A DNA stretch of 64,000 nt from Acutalibacteraceae bacterium. GTDB taxonomy: Bacteria > Bacillota > Clostridia > Oscillospirales > Acutalibacteraceae. The notes beneath the pieces were generated by a model. That model saw nothing but the letters and a program-made list of their open reading frames with translations, made no database searches and was not told the DNA's origin. Position numbers and translations under genes: made by a program. The stretch lies in assembly GCA_045598305.1 (NCBI GenBank), contig JAZLLW010000031.1, forward strand, positions 939 to 64,938, read 5' to 3'. Shown here piece after piece: positions 44,879-55,707 of this stretch; positions within the stretch are counted from its first letter, which is position 1; every line of letters starts with the position of its first letter.

Positions 44879-47641
44879 ATGGGTTTATTCAAGAAAATTT
44901 TCGGTGATTATTCATCAAAGGAAGTAAAGAGAGTCCGTCCCATAGCCGATAAAGTCATGGCGCTTGAAGGGGAATACTCAAAGCTTACGGACGAACAGCT
45001 TCAGGCAAAAACTGCCGAGTTCAAAGAGAGACTTGCAAAGGGCGAAACCCTTGACGATATCCTTCCCGAAGCATTTGCCACCTGCCGTGAGGCATCATGG
45101 AGAGTCATAGGACTCAAGCACTTCTACGTCCAGATTATCGGCGGTATCATCCTGCATCAGGGCAGAATTGCGGAAATGAAGACAGGTGAAGGTAAAACCC
45201 TCGTTGCGACCCTTCCCGCATACCTTAACGCACTTTCGGGTGAGGGCGTTCATATCGTAACCGTAAACGATTATCTTGCCCGCCGTGACTCCGAATGGAT
45301 GGGTAAGGTTTACCGCTTCCTCGGTCTTAAGGTCGGTCTTATCATTCACGAAAAGGAAAACGAGGAAAGACAGGAAGCATATAACGCAGACATCACCTAC
45401 GGTACAAATAACGAGATGGGCTTCGACTACCTGAGAGACAATATGGTAGTTTACAAGGAGCAGAAGGTACAGAGAGGTCACAGCTTCGCCATTGTGGACG
45501 AGGTGGACTCCATCCTTATCGATGAAGCCAGAACACCCCTTATCATTTCGGGCAGAGGCGAAAAATCTACCGACCTTTACAAGCTTGCAAATTCCTTTGC
45601 CATGGGACTCAAATGCAAGAGAATCAAAGAGGTTGACTCCAAGACTGACGTTGATGACGTGGTTGATGCGGACGTTGACTACGTAGTTGATGAAAAAGCA
45701 AGGACTGCCACCCTTACCGCCGGAGGCGTTGCAAAGGCGGAGAAGTTCTTTAATCTTGAAAACCTGATGGATTCCGAAAACATGACGCTTCAGCATCATA
45801 TCAATCAGGCAATCAAGGCAATCGGCGTAATGAGAAAGGACGTTGACTACGTCGTAAAGGATAACGAGGTACTCATCGTTGACGAATTTACCGGTCGTAT
45901 CATGCTGGGCAGAAGATACAACGAGGGACTTCATCAGGCGATTGAAGCCAAGGAAGGCGTAAACGTTGAGCACGAAAGCAAGACTCTTGCCACCATCACA
46001 TTCCAGAATTACTTCCGTCTTTACAAGAAGCTTTCCGGTATGACGGGTACCGCAATGACCGAGGAAAACGAATTCAATCAGATTTATTCCCTTGACGTTA
46101 TTGAAGTTCCCACCAACAAGCCCATGATCCGTGAGGATTTACCCGACGTCGTTTATAAGACGGAAAGGGCAAAATTCAACGCGGTAATCGACCAGATTGT
46201 TGCCTGCCACGAAAAGGGGCAGCCCGTACTGGTTGGTACCGTTTCCATTGAAAAATCCGAAGCACTCTCACATCTGCTCAAGAAGAGAGGCATCAAGCAT
46301 AACGTACTGAACGCCAAGTATCACGACAAGGAAGCCGAAATCGTTGCCCAGGCAGGTAAAGAGGGCTCTGTTACCATCGCCACCAATATGGCGGGCCGCG
46401 GTACCGATATCAAGCTCGGCGGTAACTCCGAATTCCTTGCCACCTCGGAAATGAGAAAAATGGGTTACTCCGAGGAGCTTATTGCCGAGGCAACGGGCTT
46501 CGCGGAAACGGACAACGAGGAAATCCTTGAAGCGAGAAGGCAGTATTCAGAGCTGGAAAAGAAATATGACGAGGAAATCGCACCCGAGGCAGACAGAGTA
46601 CGTGCGGCAGGCGGTCTTTGCATCATCGGAACGGAGCGTCACGAATCAAGACGAATCGACAACCAGCTTCGCGGACGTTCCGGCCGTCAGGGTGACCCCG
46701 GTGTCAGCCGTTTCTATCTTTCACTTGACGATGACCTTATGCGTCTTTTCGGCGGTGATAAAATCACGATGCTCATGGACACCCTCAAGGTTGACGAAAA
46801 TATGCCCATTGAAGCAAGGATGATTTCCAATACCGTTGAAAGCTCACAGAAGAAGATTGAGGGCAGAAACTTCGGTATCAGAAAGAACGTTCTCCAGTAC
46901 GACGACGTTATGAACCGTCAGAGAGAGCTTATCTATAAGCAGAGAGACCAGGTGCTTGACGGCGAGGACCTTACTCCCGTTATCACCAGAATGATTCACG
47001 GCACGATTGACGCTGCCGTTGACGGTTACCTCGTTGACAGAAAGACGGAATGGAATTTAGCGGGTCTTAAAGATAAATTCAAGGGCTGGCTCATTGCGGA
47101 GAGCGATTTCACCGACGAAAATACCGATAAGGAAGAAATCCGCGAAACCCTCTATGAGAGAGCCGAAAAGATACTTGCCGATAAGGAAGCCGAATTCGGC
47201 GAAAACGAAGACGGCGAAAAGATTATGGGCGAGCTTGAAAAGATGATTCTTCTGCGTAATGTTGACAAGCACTGGATGGATCATATTGACCAGATGGACC
47301 AGCTCCGCAAGGGTATCGGCCTTCGTGCATACGGTCAGACGGACCCCGTTGTAGCTTACAGAGAAGTGGGCTCGGATATGTTTGACGATATGAACCTTGA
47401 CATCCGTGAAGAAACGGTCATGCAGCTTCTTACCGCCTCAATCAAGAGAAAAGAGGACACTCAGCGTAAGCAGGTCGCTACGATTACAAGCACAAGCGGT
47501 TCCTCCGACGGCACAGTCAAGCAGCAGCCCAAACGCAACACGGAGAAAAAGGTCGGCCCCAATGATCCCTGTCCCTGCGGAAGCGGCAAGAAATACAAGA
47601 AATGCTGCGGCAGCGTAAACGCACAGGGCGGTCAGCAGTAA
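44879..47641 (+). CDS. secA: Preprotein translocase ATPase SecA
   Basis: 920 aa with [32 protein letters not shown], and the C-terminal zinc motif [14 protein letters not shown]. Confidence 0.97.
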   Translation: MGLFKKIFGDYSSKEVKRVRPIADKVMALEGEYSKLTDEQLQAKTAEFKERLAKGETLDDILPEAFATCREASWRVIGLKHFYVQIIGGIILHQGRIAEMKTGEGKTLVATLPAYLNALSGEGVHIVTVNDYLARRDSEWMGKVYRFLGLKVGLIIHEKENEERQEAYNADITYGTNNEMGFDYLRDNMVVYKEQKVQRGHSFAIVDEVDSILIDEARTPLIISGRGEKSTDLYKLANSFAMGLKCKRIKEVDSKTDVDDVVDADVDYVVDEKARTATLTAGGVAKAEKFFNLENLMDSENMTLQHHINQAIKAIGVMRKDVDYVVKDNEVLIVDEFTGRIMLGRRYNEGLHQAIEAKEGVNVEHESKTLATITFQNYFRLYKKLSGMTGTAMTEENEFNQIYSLDVIEVPTNKPMIREDLPDVVYKTERAKFNAVIDQIVACHEKGQPVLVGTVSIEKSEALSHLLKKRGIKHNVLNAKYHDKEAEIVAQAGKEGSVTIATNMAGRGTDIKLGGNSEFLATSEMRKMGYSEELIAEATGFAETDNEEILEARRQYSELEKKYDEEIAPEADRVRAAGGLCIIGTERHESRRIDNQLRGRSGRQGDPGVSRFYLSLDDDLMRLFGGDKITMLMDTLKVDENMPIEARMISNTVESSQKKIEGRNFGIRKNVLQYDDVMNRQRELIYKQRDQVLDGEDLTPVITRMIHGTIDAAVDGYLVDRKTEWNLAGLKDKFKGWLIAESDFTDENTDKEEIRETLYERAEKILADKEAEFGENEDGEKIMGELEKMILLRNVDKHWMDHIDQMDQLRKGIGLRAYGQTDPVVAYREVGSDMFDDMNLDIREETVMQLLTASIKRKEDTQRKQVATITSTSGSSDGTVKQQPKRNTEKKVGPNDPCPCGSGKKYKKCCGSVNAQGGQQ

Positions 47642-47665
47642 ACTCCCGGAAAACGGAGTGATTAT

Positions 47666-48685
47666 ATGAAAAGAGTGACGAGGGGAATCGTTGCTTTGCT
47701 GATGATGATTTCCCTTACTCTCACCGCTTCGGCGGAGAAAATCAACATAAAAATCGACGGCAAAAACGAAAATAAAGAGTGGTTTGATGCTCAGACCGAA
47801 ATTCTGTTTAAGGAATCGGAGCAAAACGGCAACAACGTTGTCACAGCCGTAATGAAATATCTGTTTGACACTTCCTCGGAAAACCGCGTTTACTGTATGA
47901 TTTCCGTCTGGACAAAGGAAATAACGGACGGGGGATTGCCGAAGGTAAAATTCAGCATCAACGGCAGCGAAATGATAACGGTGTATGCAGAAACCGAAGA
48001 AACGCCGCATCCCCTTATCAATAACGACGATTATCTCATTGATGCCTGCCTTAAGACAGAAACGTCCGATTCCTACATCCTGGAAATCAAGTTTGATGAT
48101 AAATCGGGGCTGGGCGGGGCTCCTTCCTGGACTGTTCAGGTGGGAGACGAGCAGGGCGTTTTATCGGATGCAAGAGGCGGAAGATTTGAAAATCCTCTCT
48201 ACACTACCCCGGCTTCAACCACGGAAAAAACGACCGTAAGGAAGACGACCGTCAGAGCCGGAAAGACAGAGAAAAATACTCAGAGGACAACAAGACCCAC
48301 CACTACCTACAAATCACATCTTACAAAAAAAGCTTCAGCCGAAAAAACGACCGTGAAAGCGGAAAAAGCCGTTTCCTCAAAGGCGGCAGAGAAGGTAACG
48401 ACCGAAAAGCCGTATTCCGAAGCGAAAAGCTCCGAAGCCTTAAGAATTTCAACGTCTGCCGTAAGTACGGCGGCGGGCGGAGATTCTCTGTTTGACGAAA
48501 GCGGTCTTTCAAGAGCATCAGTATATAAAATCGCGGTCTGTGCGGGTGCGGTGATTCTTTTCGGAATCCTCGGCCTTTGGGCAATCCGTACAAGAGCGGA
48601 TGCCGACAGGGCGGAAAAGGAAGAAGCGCCGTCGGAAAAGGACGACACAGACTCTGAAGATAAAGACAACAACCACGGAGAATAA
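47666..48685 (+). CDS. Cell-surface hypothetical protein (signal peptide, Thr/Lys-rich linker, C-terminal TM anchor)
   Basis: 339 aa with signal peptide ...LTASA-EK, the low-complexity stretch TTEKTTVRKTTVRAGKTEKNTQRTTRPTTT, and a TM segment near the C-terminus. Confidence 0.5.
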   Translation: MKRVTRGIVALLMMISLTLTASAEKINIKIDGKNENKEWFDAQTEILFKESEQNGNNVVTAVMKYLFDTSSENRVYCMISVWTKEITDGGLPKVKFSINGSEMITVYAETEETPHPLINNDDYLIDACLKTETSDSYILEIKFDDKSGLGGAPSWTVQVGDEQGVLSDARGGRFENPLYTTPASTTEKTTVRKTTVRAGKTEKNTQRTTRPTTTYKSHLTKKASAEKTTVKAEKAVSSKAAEKVTTEKPYSEAKSSEALRISTSAVSTAAGGDSLFDESGLSRASVYKIAVCAGAVILFGILGLWAIRTRADADRAEKEEAPSEKDDTDSEDKDNNHGE

Positions 48686-48686
48686 T

Positions 48687-49421
48687 ATGTTAGAACTGAA
48701 AAATCTTTCATTCAATGTTGATACCGATAACGGTAATCTTGAAATCATTGATGATATTAACCTTGTAATTCCCGACGGTCAGTTCACCGTCATTACGGGA
48801 CCGAACGGCGGAGGCAAATCCACCCTTGCAAGACTGATTATGGGAATTGAAAAGCCCACAAGCGGTCAGATTCTCTTCAACGGCACGGATATTACGGATA
48901 TGTCCGTTACCGAAAGGGCAAAGCTCGGCATCGGCTACGCCTTCCAGCAGCCCCCCAGATTCAAGGGACTTACCGTCAGACGCCTTCTCTCCCTTGCGGC
49001 AGGCAGTGAGCTTCCCGAGGATGAATGCTGCGGCTATCTTACGGGTGTGGGACTCTGTTCAAAGGATTATCTGAACAGAGAGATGGACGCTTCTCTTTCG
49101 GGCGGCGAAGCCAAGAGAATAGAAATTGCTACACTTATGGCAAGAAAGCTTGAGCTGGCCATCTTTGATGAGCCGGAGGCGGGTATTGACCTGTGGAGCT
49201 TCTCCGTTCTTGTTGAAAGCTTCAAGGCAATGACCAACGGCAGACACAACGGCGTTATCGTCATTTCCCATCAGGAAAGAATTATGAATCTTGCCGATTC
49301 GATGATAGTCATTGCGAACGGCAAGGTCAAATCTCAGGGCACAAAGGAAGAAATCTTCCCCACTCTGCTTGGTGAATTTACGCAGGCCTGCGATTTCAGA
49401 GGCAAAGGAGGACAGGAATGA
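48687..49421 (+). CDS. sufC: Fe-S cluster assembly ATPase SufC
   Basis: Start MLELKNLSF at 48687 follows ACGGAG. It has Walker A GPNGGGKST, the signature LSGGEAKR and Walker B AIFDEPEAG. The longer annotated start overlaps the previous gene. Confidence 0.85.
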   Translation: MLELKNLSFNVDTDNGNLEIIDDINLVIPDGQFTVITGPNGGGKSTLARLIMGIEKPTSGQILFNGTDITDMSVTERAKLGIGYAFQQPPRFKGLTVRRLLSLAAGSELPEDECCGYLTGVGLCSKDYLNREMDASLSGGEAKRIEIATLMARKLELAIFDEPEAGIDLWSFSVLVESFKAMTNGRHNGVIVISHQERIMNLADSMIVIANGKVKSQGTKEEIFPTLLGEFTQACDFRGKGGQE

Positions 49422-50338
49422 TGGATAAAATTGATTCGGGTCTTCTTCAGGAAATAGCAGACATTCACGAAACTCCCATCGGAGCTTATAATCTGAGAAA
49501 AAACGGCGAGGGTGTTGAAAGACATACCACCGCAAATATTGAAATCATAACGAAAAAGGACAAGCCCGGCATAGATATCATTGTTGCTCCCGACACAAAG
49601 AACGAGAGCATCCATATTCCCGTTATTCTTACGGAAACGGGCATCAACGACGTGGTTTACAACGATTTTTATATCGGCGACAATGCGGACGTGCTTATCG
49701 TTGCGGGATGCGGAATTCACAACTGCGGCGACCAGAAGTCACAGCACGACGGTATCCACTCCTTCCATATCGGCAAGGGTGCAAAAATCAAATACGTTGA
49801 GAAGCATTACGGCGAAGGAAACGGCACGGGCGAGAGAGTTCTCAATCCCGTAACCGTCGTTGAGCAGGATGAAAATTCCGTCTGCGAAATGGAAATGGTA
49901 CAGATAAGGGGCGTTGACTCCACAAAGAGAGACACCACCGCTTCCCTCAAGGCGGGCGCGCGGCTTATCGTTACCGAGCGTCTTCTCACGGACGGCGACC
50001 AGTTCGCACATTCAAATATTGAGGTACAGCTCAACGGCGAGGATTCCTCCGCGCAGATAGTATCCCGTACCGTTGCAAAGGATAAGTCCGAGCAGATATT
50101 CTATTACAATGCGGTCGGCAACGACAAGTGCAGAGCCCACGTCCAGTGCGATTCAATTATTATGGACGAGGCAAAGGTCGCTTCGATTCCCGCCATACGC
50201 GCCAACAGTGCGGATGCTCAGATCATTCACGAAGCGGCAATCGGCAGAATCAATAATGACCAGCTGCTGAAGCTGATGACGTTCGGGATGAATGAGGAAG
50301 AGGCGGAAGAGGTTATTATCTCCGGCTTCTTAAAATAA
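49418..50338 (+). CDS. SufB/SufD-family Fe-S assembly protein (short form)
   Basis: 306 aa with an ATGA overlap with sufC and the beta-helix core typical of SufBD. Confidence 0.75.
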   Translation: MMDKIDSGLLQEIADIHETPIGAYNLRKNGEGVERHTTANIEIITKKDKPGIDIIVAPDTKNESIHIPVILTETGINDVVYNDFYIGDNADVLIVAGCGIHNCGDQKSQHDGIHSFHIGKGAKIKYVEKHYGEGNGTGERVLNPVTVVEQDENSVCEMEMVQIRGVDSTKRDTTASLKAGARLIVTERLLTDGDQFAHSNIEVQLNGEDSSAQIVSRTVAKDKSEQIFYYNAVGNDKCRAHVQCDSIIMDEAKVASIPAIRANSADAQIIHEAAIGRINNDQLLKLMTFGMNEEEAEEVIISGFLK

Positions 50339-50342
50339 AATG

Positions 50343-50650
50343 CGCTTGATTATTTTGGCGAAGAACAAACCAAACAAGAAATAGTTGTTAATATGCAGGC
50401 ACTTATCGGAAGGTAAGTGTCTGCATTTATTGTGGAAAAAATAATGTTTGGTTTTAAGCCGTTTTACTCATTCCCCGTACAGAAGCACTGTGTTCATTCG
50501 TAAAACGACTTTCTTCACTCAAACTAATCTTCGCTTTGCTTGATTTCTCTTGATTATTTTGGTGAAAACCGGTCAAAACAAAATACAGTATGTGACGAGA
50601 AGGCGCTTATCAGACGGTAAGTGCCTGCCTTGTTTATTATGATACGGCAT
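50343..50650. repeat. Array B of the composite structured intergenic repeat (modules Y-X-Y')
   Basis: It shares the 138-bp and 51-bp modules with array A, and contains hairpins at 50395-50424 and about 50602-50630. Confidence 0.8.
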
Positions 50651-50715
50651 AGTACTATTTTTGCATTGAATCCCTGTCGGGATTATGCTAATATTCTGTT
50701 AAAGGATGTGATTTT

Positions 50716-51660
50716 ATGTTTCTGAAAATACTTTCGATTCTTGTTTCGCTCATTCTTTTTGCCGGAGCGGGGCAGATGACGGAGCCGTACTCTCCCGCCG
50801 ATGCGGAAAATCTGAAATGCAGTGCCGTCATCCTCAGCGATATGCATATAGAGACAAATAATTTTGACCGTTTTCCCCGGGTGGGTAAGATTCTCGCCGG
50901 CGTTGTGAATGCAGCCGTAAGCCCCGACGTAGTCGGCTTTACCGGGGACAACACCATGAACGGCCAGAGCATCGAGTGGTTTGATTTTTACGGCTTTGTT
51001 AACCGTTATTTCAAAGACAGCCGTATTCTCATGTGCTTCGGAAATCATGATTTCGGCAACTGTGCGGACCACGACACCTACGTAAAGCTGCGCAAAAGAT
51101 GTATTGAAAAATACAAAACCTACTGCGGAGAAAGCATTGACGAGGTTTACTATTCAAGAGATATAAAGGGATGCAGATTTATCGTTCTCGGCTCCGAGGA
51201 TAATGCGGAGGATACGGTTGAGGTAATTACCGATAAGCAGATTGAATGGCTTTCAACACAGCTTGCGGAATGCAAAGAAAAAAATATGCCCGCAATCATT
51301 CTCAATCATAATCTTATCTACGGCAGAAACGGAAACCGCTCATACTGGGATTTCAATCAGACGACAAATAACGATGCTCTTGATTCCGCTTTGCAGGGCA
51401 GCGGAGCAAACGTACTTTTCGTCTGCGGACATTCGCATTTCGGCGTGAATGACGGCTCCGTCAGTCATGAGGGGAAAGTGATGTATATCAATCTGCCCTC
51501 AACGGGAAATACCGGCAATTACGATGCTGAGGGCGAATATGCCGACTGCGGAGTGGGGCTGTATATAGAGGTCTACGAAAACAGTATGCTTCTCTCCTTC
51601 CGTAATTTTGCAAAGGGAATCGCCCTTGAGGGATATGACAACATAGAGATTTCGCTGTAA
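50716..51660 (+). CDS. Secreted calcineurin-like metallophosphoesterase
   Basis: 314 aa with a signal peptide and the motifs SDMH, GDNTMNG, GNHDF and GHSH. Confidence 0.8.
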   Translation: MFLKILSILVSLILFAGAGQMTEPYSPADAENLKCSAVILSDMHIETNNFDRFPRVGKILAGVVNAAVSPDVVGFTGDNTMNGQSIEWFDFYGFVNRYFKDSRILMCFGNHDFGNCADHDTYVKLRKRCIEKYKTYCGESIDEVYYSRDIKGCRFIVLGSEDNAEDTVEVITDKQIEWLSTQLAECKEKNMPAIILNHNLIYGRNGNRSYWDFNQTTNNDALDSALQGSGANVLFVCGHSHFGVNDGSVSHEGKVMYINLPSTGNTGNYDAEGEYADCGVGLYIEVYENSMLLSFRNFAKGIALEGYDNIEISL

Positions 51661-51672
51661 AATATAAAGATT

Positions 51673-51699
51673 AAAGCCCCACCGAAGAGGTGGGGCTTT
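51673..51699. terminator. GC-rich hairpin, probable terminator
   Basis: AAAGCCCCACC pairs with GGTGGGGCTTT. The T-rich flank is on the reverse strand only (AATCTTTATATTTT). Confidence 0.5.
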
Positions 51700-51838
51700 A
51701 ACCATGGGGTTGAATTGAGGAGGGGTATTGCTGTGTACATAAGGGGTTGCGGCTCCCCGTCTGTACAATGAGATAATAACCCCAAAATATTAACTGGATA
51801 TGAATTGAGTTTTAACTCTTATGGGGTATTTTATGAAC

Positions 51839-52636
51839 TCATTTTTTAACAAAACGGATAACATTTATGATATCTCTGCCCCTCTTGCTCTTTCCGCCCA
51901 TGGATGAAATGATGATTCTGCCCTTGTGCCGAAGAGTGATTTTATCCCCTTCGGCAATGCGTTTATCGGGCTTCAGGCATTCGCTGTCGTTGAGGAAAAC
52001 GAGTCCCTTTGAAATCGCCTCGCATGCGGCGTCCCTTGAAACGGAAAAGCCGTTTTTGACTATACTGTCAAGGCGCGGAGAGGAAACGGTGAAGGAATCG
52101 GGAACGCCCTCGTTTCTTTCTATTCCCTTTGCATCCGCAGGGGAGATGATATTTATGTTAAGTGTGCCTCTGCCGGCGCTGACCATATTCTTTGCAATGT
52201 ATTCCGCCATATTTTTCATTACGGCGATGTGACAGCCGTTGTCGTTTACCGTAATGTCACCCGTCATTTCCCTGCTGATGCCCAGCCCCATCAGCGCACC
52301 CAGATAATCTCTGTGTGTAAGGGGTTTTGAGAATTTATCCTTGGTCACCTCAAGAAGGGCAACGGGGCAGTCATCCGGCACTTCGGCGAAATGCTTTTCA
52401 AGGGAAACGAAGTCCTCCGCTTCAATATATTCGGGCAGAAATACGGCAATCGTTCTTTCCGCATCCTCAAATCCGCCGTAAAATATCCGCTTTACCCCGT
52501 AGGGCAGCTTCAGAGCGTTTACAAGGGATTTTTCGTGCATATCAAGGAATTTTGATTCCGTTATCATCTGACGGTCAAGACATTGCTCCGCTTTCTCCGA
52601 AACGTATGAAAGCATTATTTTTTCTTCCGACGTCAA
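51839..52636 (-). CDS. YlmH-like RNA-binding protein with S4 domain
   Basis: 265 aa with a C-terminal S4 motif (RLDSIVKNGFSVSRDAACEAISKGLVFLN). Confidence 0.75.
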   Translation of the reverse strand: MTSEEKIMLSYVSEKAEQCLDRQMITESKFLDMHEKSLVNALKLPYGVKRIFYGGFEDAERTIAVFLPEYIEAEDFVSLEKHFAEVPDDCPVALLEVTKDKFSKPLTHRDYLGALMGLGISREMTGDITVNDNGCHIAVMKNMAEYIAKNMVSAGRGTLNINIISPADAKGIERNEGVPDSFTVSSPRLDSIVKNGFSVSRDAACEAISKGLVFLNDSECLKPDKRIAEGDKITLRHKGRIIISSMGGKSKRGRDIINVIRFVKK

Positions 52637-53142
52637 TTTTCGTACACCTTCACTATTTCCGCGATATACATTTTATGGTAGTCGCCGTCGGTGTTTTCAT
52701 CGTAGCAGTCCATGATTTCACCGTCAATGAAGGTGTCGGGAGTAAGCTCCGTCGCACTCATGATACGGCAGACGAGGGTGTATTTTGCTTCGCCGAAGGT
52801 CACGGTGCCGTCGGTAAAGACGGGAGTAAGTCCCGCTTCGGCGGGCTTGTCAATATCTCTGCCGCTTTTCTTTCCGCAAAGAGTGAGGGCATCGCGGTAT
52901 TTTTTGTCATAGAAGGAGAGAGTGAAAAGAGAGTTGCTCTCAAGGAATTCATAGGTATATCTTCTTTTGCGGATAAAAATGAACGCCGCATCCTTGCCCC
53001 AGATTTCACCCAGAGCGCCCCAGCTGACGGTCATCGTGTTGAATTTCCCGGCAGTTCCCGAGGTGACAAGTCCCCAGCCGTCCGAAATCAATTCGGCAGC
53101 ACTTACCCTGATATCTCTGATATTTATTTCTTTCATAATCAT
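52633..53142 (-). CDS. Flavin reductase-like FMN-binding split-barrel protein
   Basis: 169 aa. NTMTVSWGALG is typical of the flavin reductase family. Confidence 0.8.
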   Translation of the reverse strand: MIMKEINIRDIRVSAAELISDGWGLVTSGTAGKFNTMTVSWGALGEIWGKDAAFIFIRKRRYTYEFLESNSLFTLSFYDKKYRDALTLCGKKSGRDIDKPAEAGLTPVFTDGTVTFGEAKYTLVCRIMSATELTPDTFIDGEIMDCYDENTDGDYHKMYIAEIVKVYEN

Positions 53143-53240
53143 TCTCCCTTGTTTTTTCTCATATTATACCGTAAATTTGCCCGAAAAGGAAGAGAAATTT
53201 TGAGTAATAGTGTACAAATCTATAAAAATGAAAAAAGAGG

Positions 53241-53269
53241 TTGATTTTACTATGCTAATGTGATAAATT
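53241..53269 (+). promoter_or_regulatory. Sigma-A-type promoter of the amino-acid ABC operon
   Basis: TTGATT (53241-46), 17 nt, TAAATT (53264-69), with a TG extended -10 element. Confidence 0.5.
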
Positions 53270-53304
53270 ATGAACGCATTAAAATAAAAAACGGAGGTAA
53301 AAGT

Positions 53305-54159
53305 ATGAAAAAGAAAGTAATGGCACTTCTTCTTGCTGCGGTACTGGTCGTTCTTACTCTCGGCCTTGCAGGATGCGGCGTAACAAAGAAGCCGACGGAA
53401 GAAGCAGACACCACAACAACCACGGAAACAGCTTCAAACAACGAAAAGAAAGTATTCACAATGGGCATTGACGCCGAGTATCCTCCCTTCAGCTATATGG
53501 ACGATAACGGCGAATATACCGGTTTTGATGTTGAAATCTGTAAAGCCGCATGCGAAAGACTCGGCTGGGAATTCGAAGTGTTCGGTGTAAACTGGGACGA
53601 GAAGCTTATCCAGCTTGATGCCGGTGAATGTGACTGCGTATGGTCGGGCATGACAATCCTTCCCTCAATGAAAGAGGCGGGCTACGTTATTTCCGAGCCC
53701 TACTATGACAACACTCAGGTAGTTATCGTTAAGGACAGCAGCCCCATCAAGACTTCCGAAGACCTTGCAGGCAAGTCCGTTGCAGTTCAGCTCGGTACTT
53801 CCGGCGAAGCTCTCCTTGCAGATGACGGCGACTGTGCAGACCTTTCCGCAACCTTCGGTGAGCTCGTCACCTGCGAAAGCTTCCTCAAGTGCTTCGCAGA
53901 GCTTGAAGGAAACGGCGTTGACGCAGTATTTGTAGACGCTCCCGTTGCAAAGACATACGCTGCAGAGCACGAAGGATTCAGAATCATTGACGAAAATCTC
54001 GGTGCAGAGCAGTACGGTATTGCTTTCCGTGCAGACGATCAGGCAGATTGCGATGCTATTTCCGGTGCGGTTTGCTCCATGGTTGAGGACGGTACTTACG
54101 CAAAGATCGCAGAGAAGTATCCCGACATCGTCAACAATCTTCTCTTCCTCAACAAATAA
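53305..54159 (+). CDS. Amino-acid ABC transporter substrate-binding lipoprotein (family 3 SBP)
   Basis: Start MKKKVMALLL and lipobox LGLAGC. The protein shows type-3 SBP (polar amino-acid binding protein) sequence character, for example FTMGIDAEYPPFSY. Confidence 0.85.
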   Translation: MKKKVMALLLAAVLVVLTLGLAGCGVTKKPTEEADTTTTTETASNNEKKVFTMGIDAEYPPFSYMDDNGEYTGFDVEICKAACERLGWEFEVFGVNWDEKLIQLDAGECDCVWSGMTILPSMKEAGYVISEPYYDNTQVVIVKDSSPIKTSEDLAGKSVAVQLGTSGEALLADDGDCADLSATFGELVTCESFLKCFAELEGNGVDAVFVDAPVAKTYAAEHEGFRIIDENLGAEQYGIAFRADDQADCDAISGAVCSMVEDGTYAKIAEKYPDIVNNLLFLNK

Positions 54160-54180
54160 TCAGTTTGTTTATCAGGCGTT

Positions 54181-54210
54181 TCCCGAAGATACAGTAATGT
54201 GTCTTCGGGA
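54181..54210 (+). other. Intra-operon hairpin between the SBP and permease genes
   Basis: TCCCGAAGA (54181-89) pairs with TCTTCGGGA (54202-10) and is followed by ATTTTCCC. It could be a partial terminator that sets SBP:permease stoichiometry. Confidence 0.4.
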
Positions 54211-54241
54211 ATTTTCCCTATTCTAATATCGGAGGTTGGTT

Positions 54242-54940
54242 ATGACACTGGCAACAATGATAATGAAGATGAGCGAGGGCTTGGGCAAGACCTGTGCCAT
54301 CTTTTTCCTTACACTGCTGTTCGCTCTTCCCCTGGGAATGATAGTTGCTCTGCTCAGAGGAAGCAAAATCAAGGTCATATCAAAAATCACCCAGTTCTGT
54401 ATTTCCGTGCTCAGAGGTACTCCTCTGATGCTTCAGCTTCTTGCGGTCACCTACGGTCCCTATTACCTTTCCGTAGCCGTCAACAAGCTTTCCGATATAT
54501 ATAACTGGAGCTTTTATCTGGATATCAGCATTTCAAGGAATAAGCTGATACCGGTTGTGATTGCTTTTGCCATAAATTATGCCGCCTACTTTGCGGAAAT
54601 ATACAGAAGCGGTCTGGAATCCATGCCGGCAGGTCAGTATGAGGCCGCTCACGTGCTCGGCTACAGCAAGCCCCAGACCTTCATGAAAATCATTCTTCCC
54701 CAGGTGATACGCCGTATTCTGCCCAGCATGACGAACGAAATCGTTACTCTTGTCAAGGATACGTCAATGGCGTTTACCGTTTCCTATCAGGAAATGTTTA
54801 CCATCGGTAAGCAGATAGCAAATTCACAGACCAGCTTCGTGCCCTTCATTGTTGCGGGCGTATTCTACTACATATTCAATGCGATTGTCGGATTTGTAAT
54901 GGGCAGGGTCGAAAAATCAATGAGCTACTACACGATGTAA
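54242..54940 (+). CDS. Amino-acid ABC transporter permease (His/Glu/Gln/Arg/opine family)
   Basis: ATG at 54242 follows GGAGG. It has about 5 TM segments and an EAA-like loop ([22 protein letters not shown]). Confidence 0.85.
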   Translation: MTLATMIMKMSEGLGKTCAIFFLTLLFALPLGMIVALLRGSKIKVISKITQFCISVLRGTPLMLQLLAVTYGPYYLSVAVNKLSDIYNWSFYLDISISRNKLIPVVIAFAINYAAYFAEIYRSGLESMPAGQYEAAHVLGYSKPQTFMKIILPQVIRRILPSMTNEIVTLVKDTSMAFTVSYQEMFTIGKQIANSQTSFVPFIVAGVFYYIFNAIVGFVMGRVEKSMSYYTM

Positions 54941-54951
54941 GGAGGGTTTTT

Positions 54952-55707
54952 ATGAGCGTTCTTGAAATGAATAATGTCAAAAAATCCTTCGGCTCAAATA
55001 ACGTATTGAAGGATATTTCAATCAGAGTTGAAAAGGGCGAGGTCGTTTCGATTATCGGTCCCTCCGGCTCGGGCAAATCAACGCTTCTGCGCTGTGCGAC
55101 TCTGCTTGAAACCATGGATTCGGGTACTCTTTCCTACAACGGCACCAAAGCGGCGTGGATGGAGGAAAACGGTATCAGATACACCAGAAATCTGAATGAG
55201 GTCCGTCGTCATTTCGGACTCGTTTTTCAGAATTACAATCTTTTTCCCCATTACAGCGTAATAAAGAATCTTATGGATGCTCCCGTTTCGGTCATGAAAA
55301 GAAACAAGGACGAGGTCAGACGGGAATGTATGGAGCTGCTCTCAAAAATGGGACTTGAGGATAAGGCGGATGCCTATCCCTGCCAGCTTTCGGGCGGTCA
55401 GCAGCAGAGAGTTTCAATCGCAAGAGCTCTTGCAATGAAGCCGGAAATCCTTTTCTTTGACGAGCCCACGTCGGCACTTGACCCCGAGCTTACGGGCGAG
55501 GTGCTGAAGGTAATCAAGGAGCTTGCGGAGTCAAAGATGACCATGGTAATCGTTACCCACGAAATGTCCTTTGCCCGTGCCGTTTCCGACAAGGTAATCT
55601 TCATGGACCAAGGCGTAATAGTTGAGCAGGGCGCACCCGAAGAGCTTTTCGGCAATACACAGTCGGAAAGAACGAAGCAGTTCCTACAGAATTACAACAG
55701 TATATGA
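54952..55707 (+). CDS. Amino-acid ABC transporter ATP-binding protein
   Basis: Walker [10 protein letters not shown], signature LSGGQQQR, Walker [12 protein letters not shown]. Confidence 0.9.
   Translation: MSVLEMNNVKKSFGSNNVLKDISIRVEKGEVVSIIGPSGSGKSTLLRCATLLETMDSGTLSYNGTKAAWMEENGIRYTRNLNEVRRHFGLVFQNYNLFPHYSVIKNLMDAPVSVMKRNKDEVRRECMELLSKMGLEDKADAYPCQLSGGQQQRVSIARALAMKPEILFFDEPTSALDPELTGEVLKVIKELAESKMTMVIVTHEMSFARAVSDKVIFMDQGVIVEQGAPEELFGNTQSERTKQFLQNYNSI

Noticed and set aside
45095-45973. 292-aa minus-strand ORF
   Set aside because: It is antisense to secA.
48600-48686. N-terminal extension of sufC (MPTGRKRKKRRRK...)
   Set aside because: The extension overlaps the 3' end of the preceding gene in another frame and is highly basic junk. 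A start at 48687 has an SD sequence and gives a canonical SufC N-terminus.
51700-51838. Short motifs resembling the CCCCGTAC...ATGGGG segment of the large repeat (CCCCGTCTGTACAATGAG, CATGGGGTTGAATTGAGG, TATGGGGTATTTTATGAA)
   Set aside because: The similarity is limited to 6-10-nt words. I could not build a convincing alignment by eye, so I did not call it a repeat copy.
52327-53244. 305-aa plus-strand ORF
   Set aside because: It is antisense to the YlmH-like and flavin reductase genes. It is Arg/Ser/Pro-rich shadow-frame sequence.
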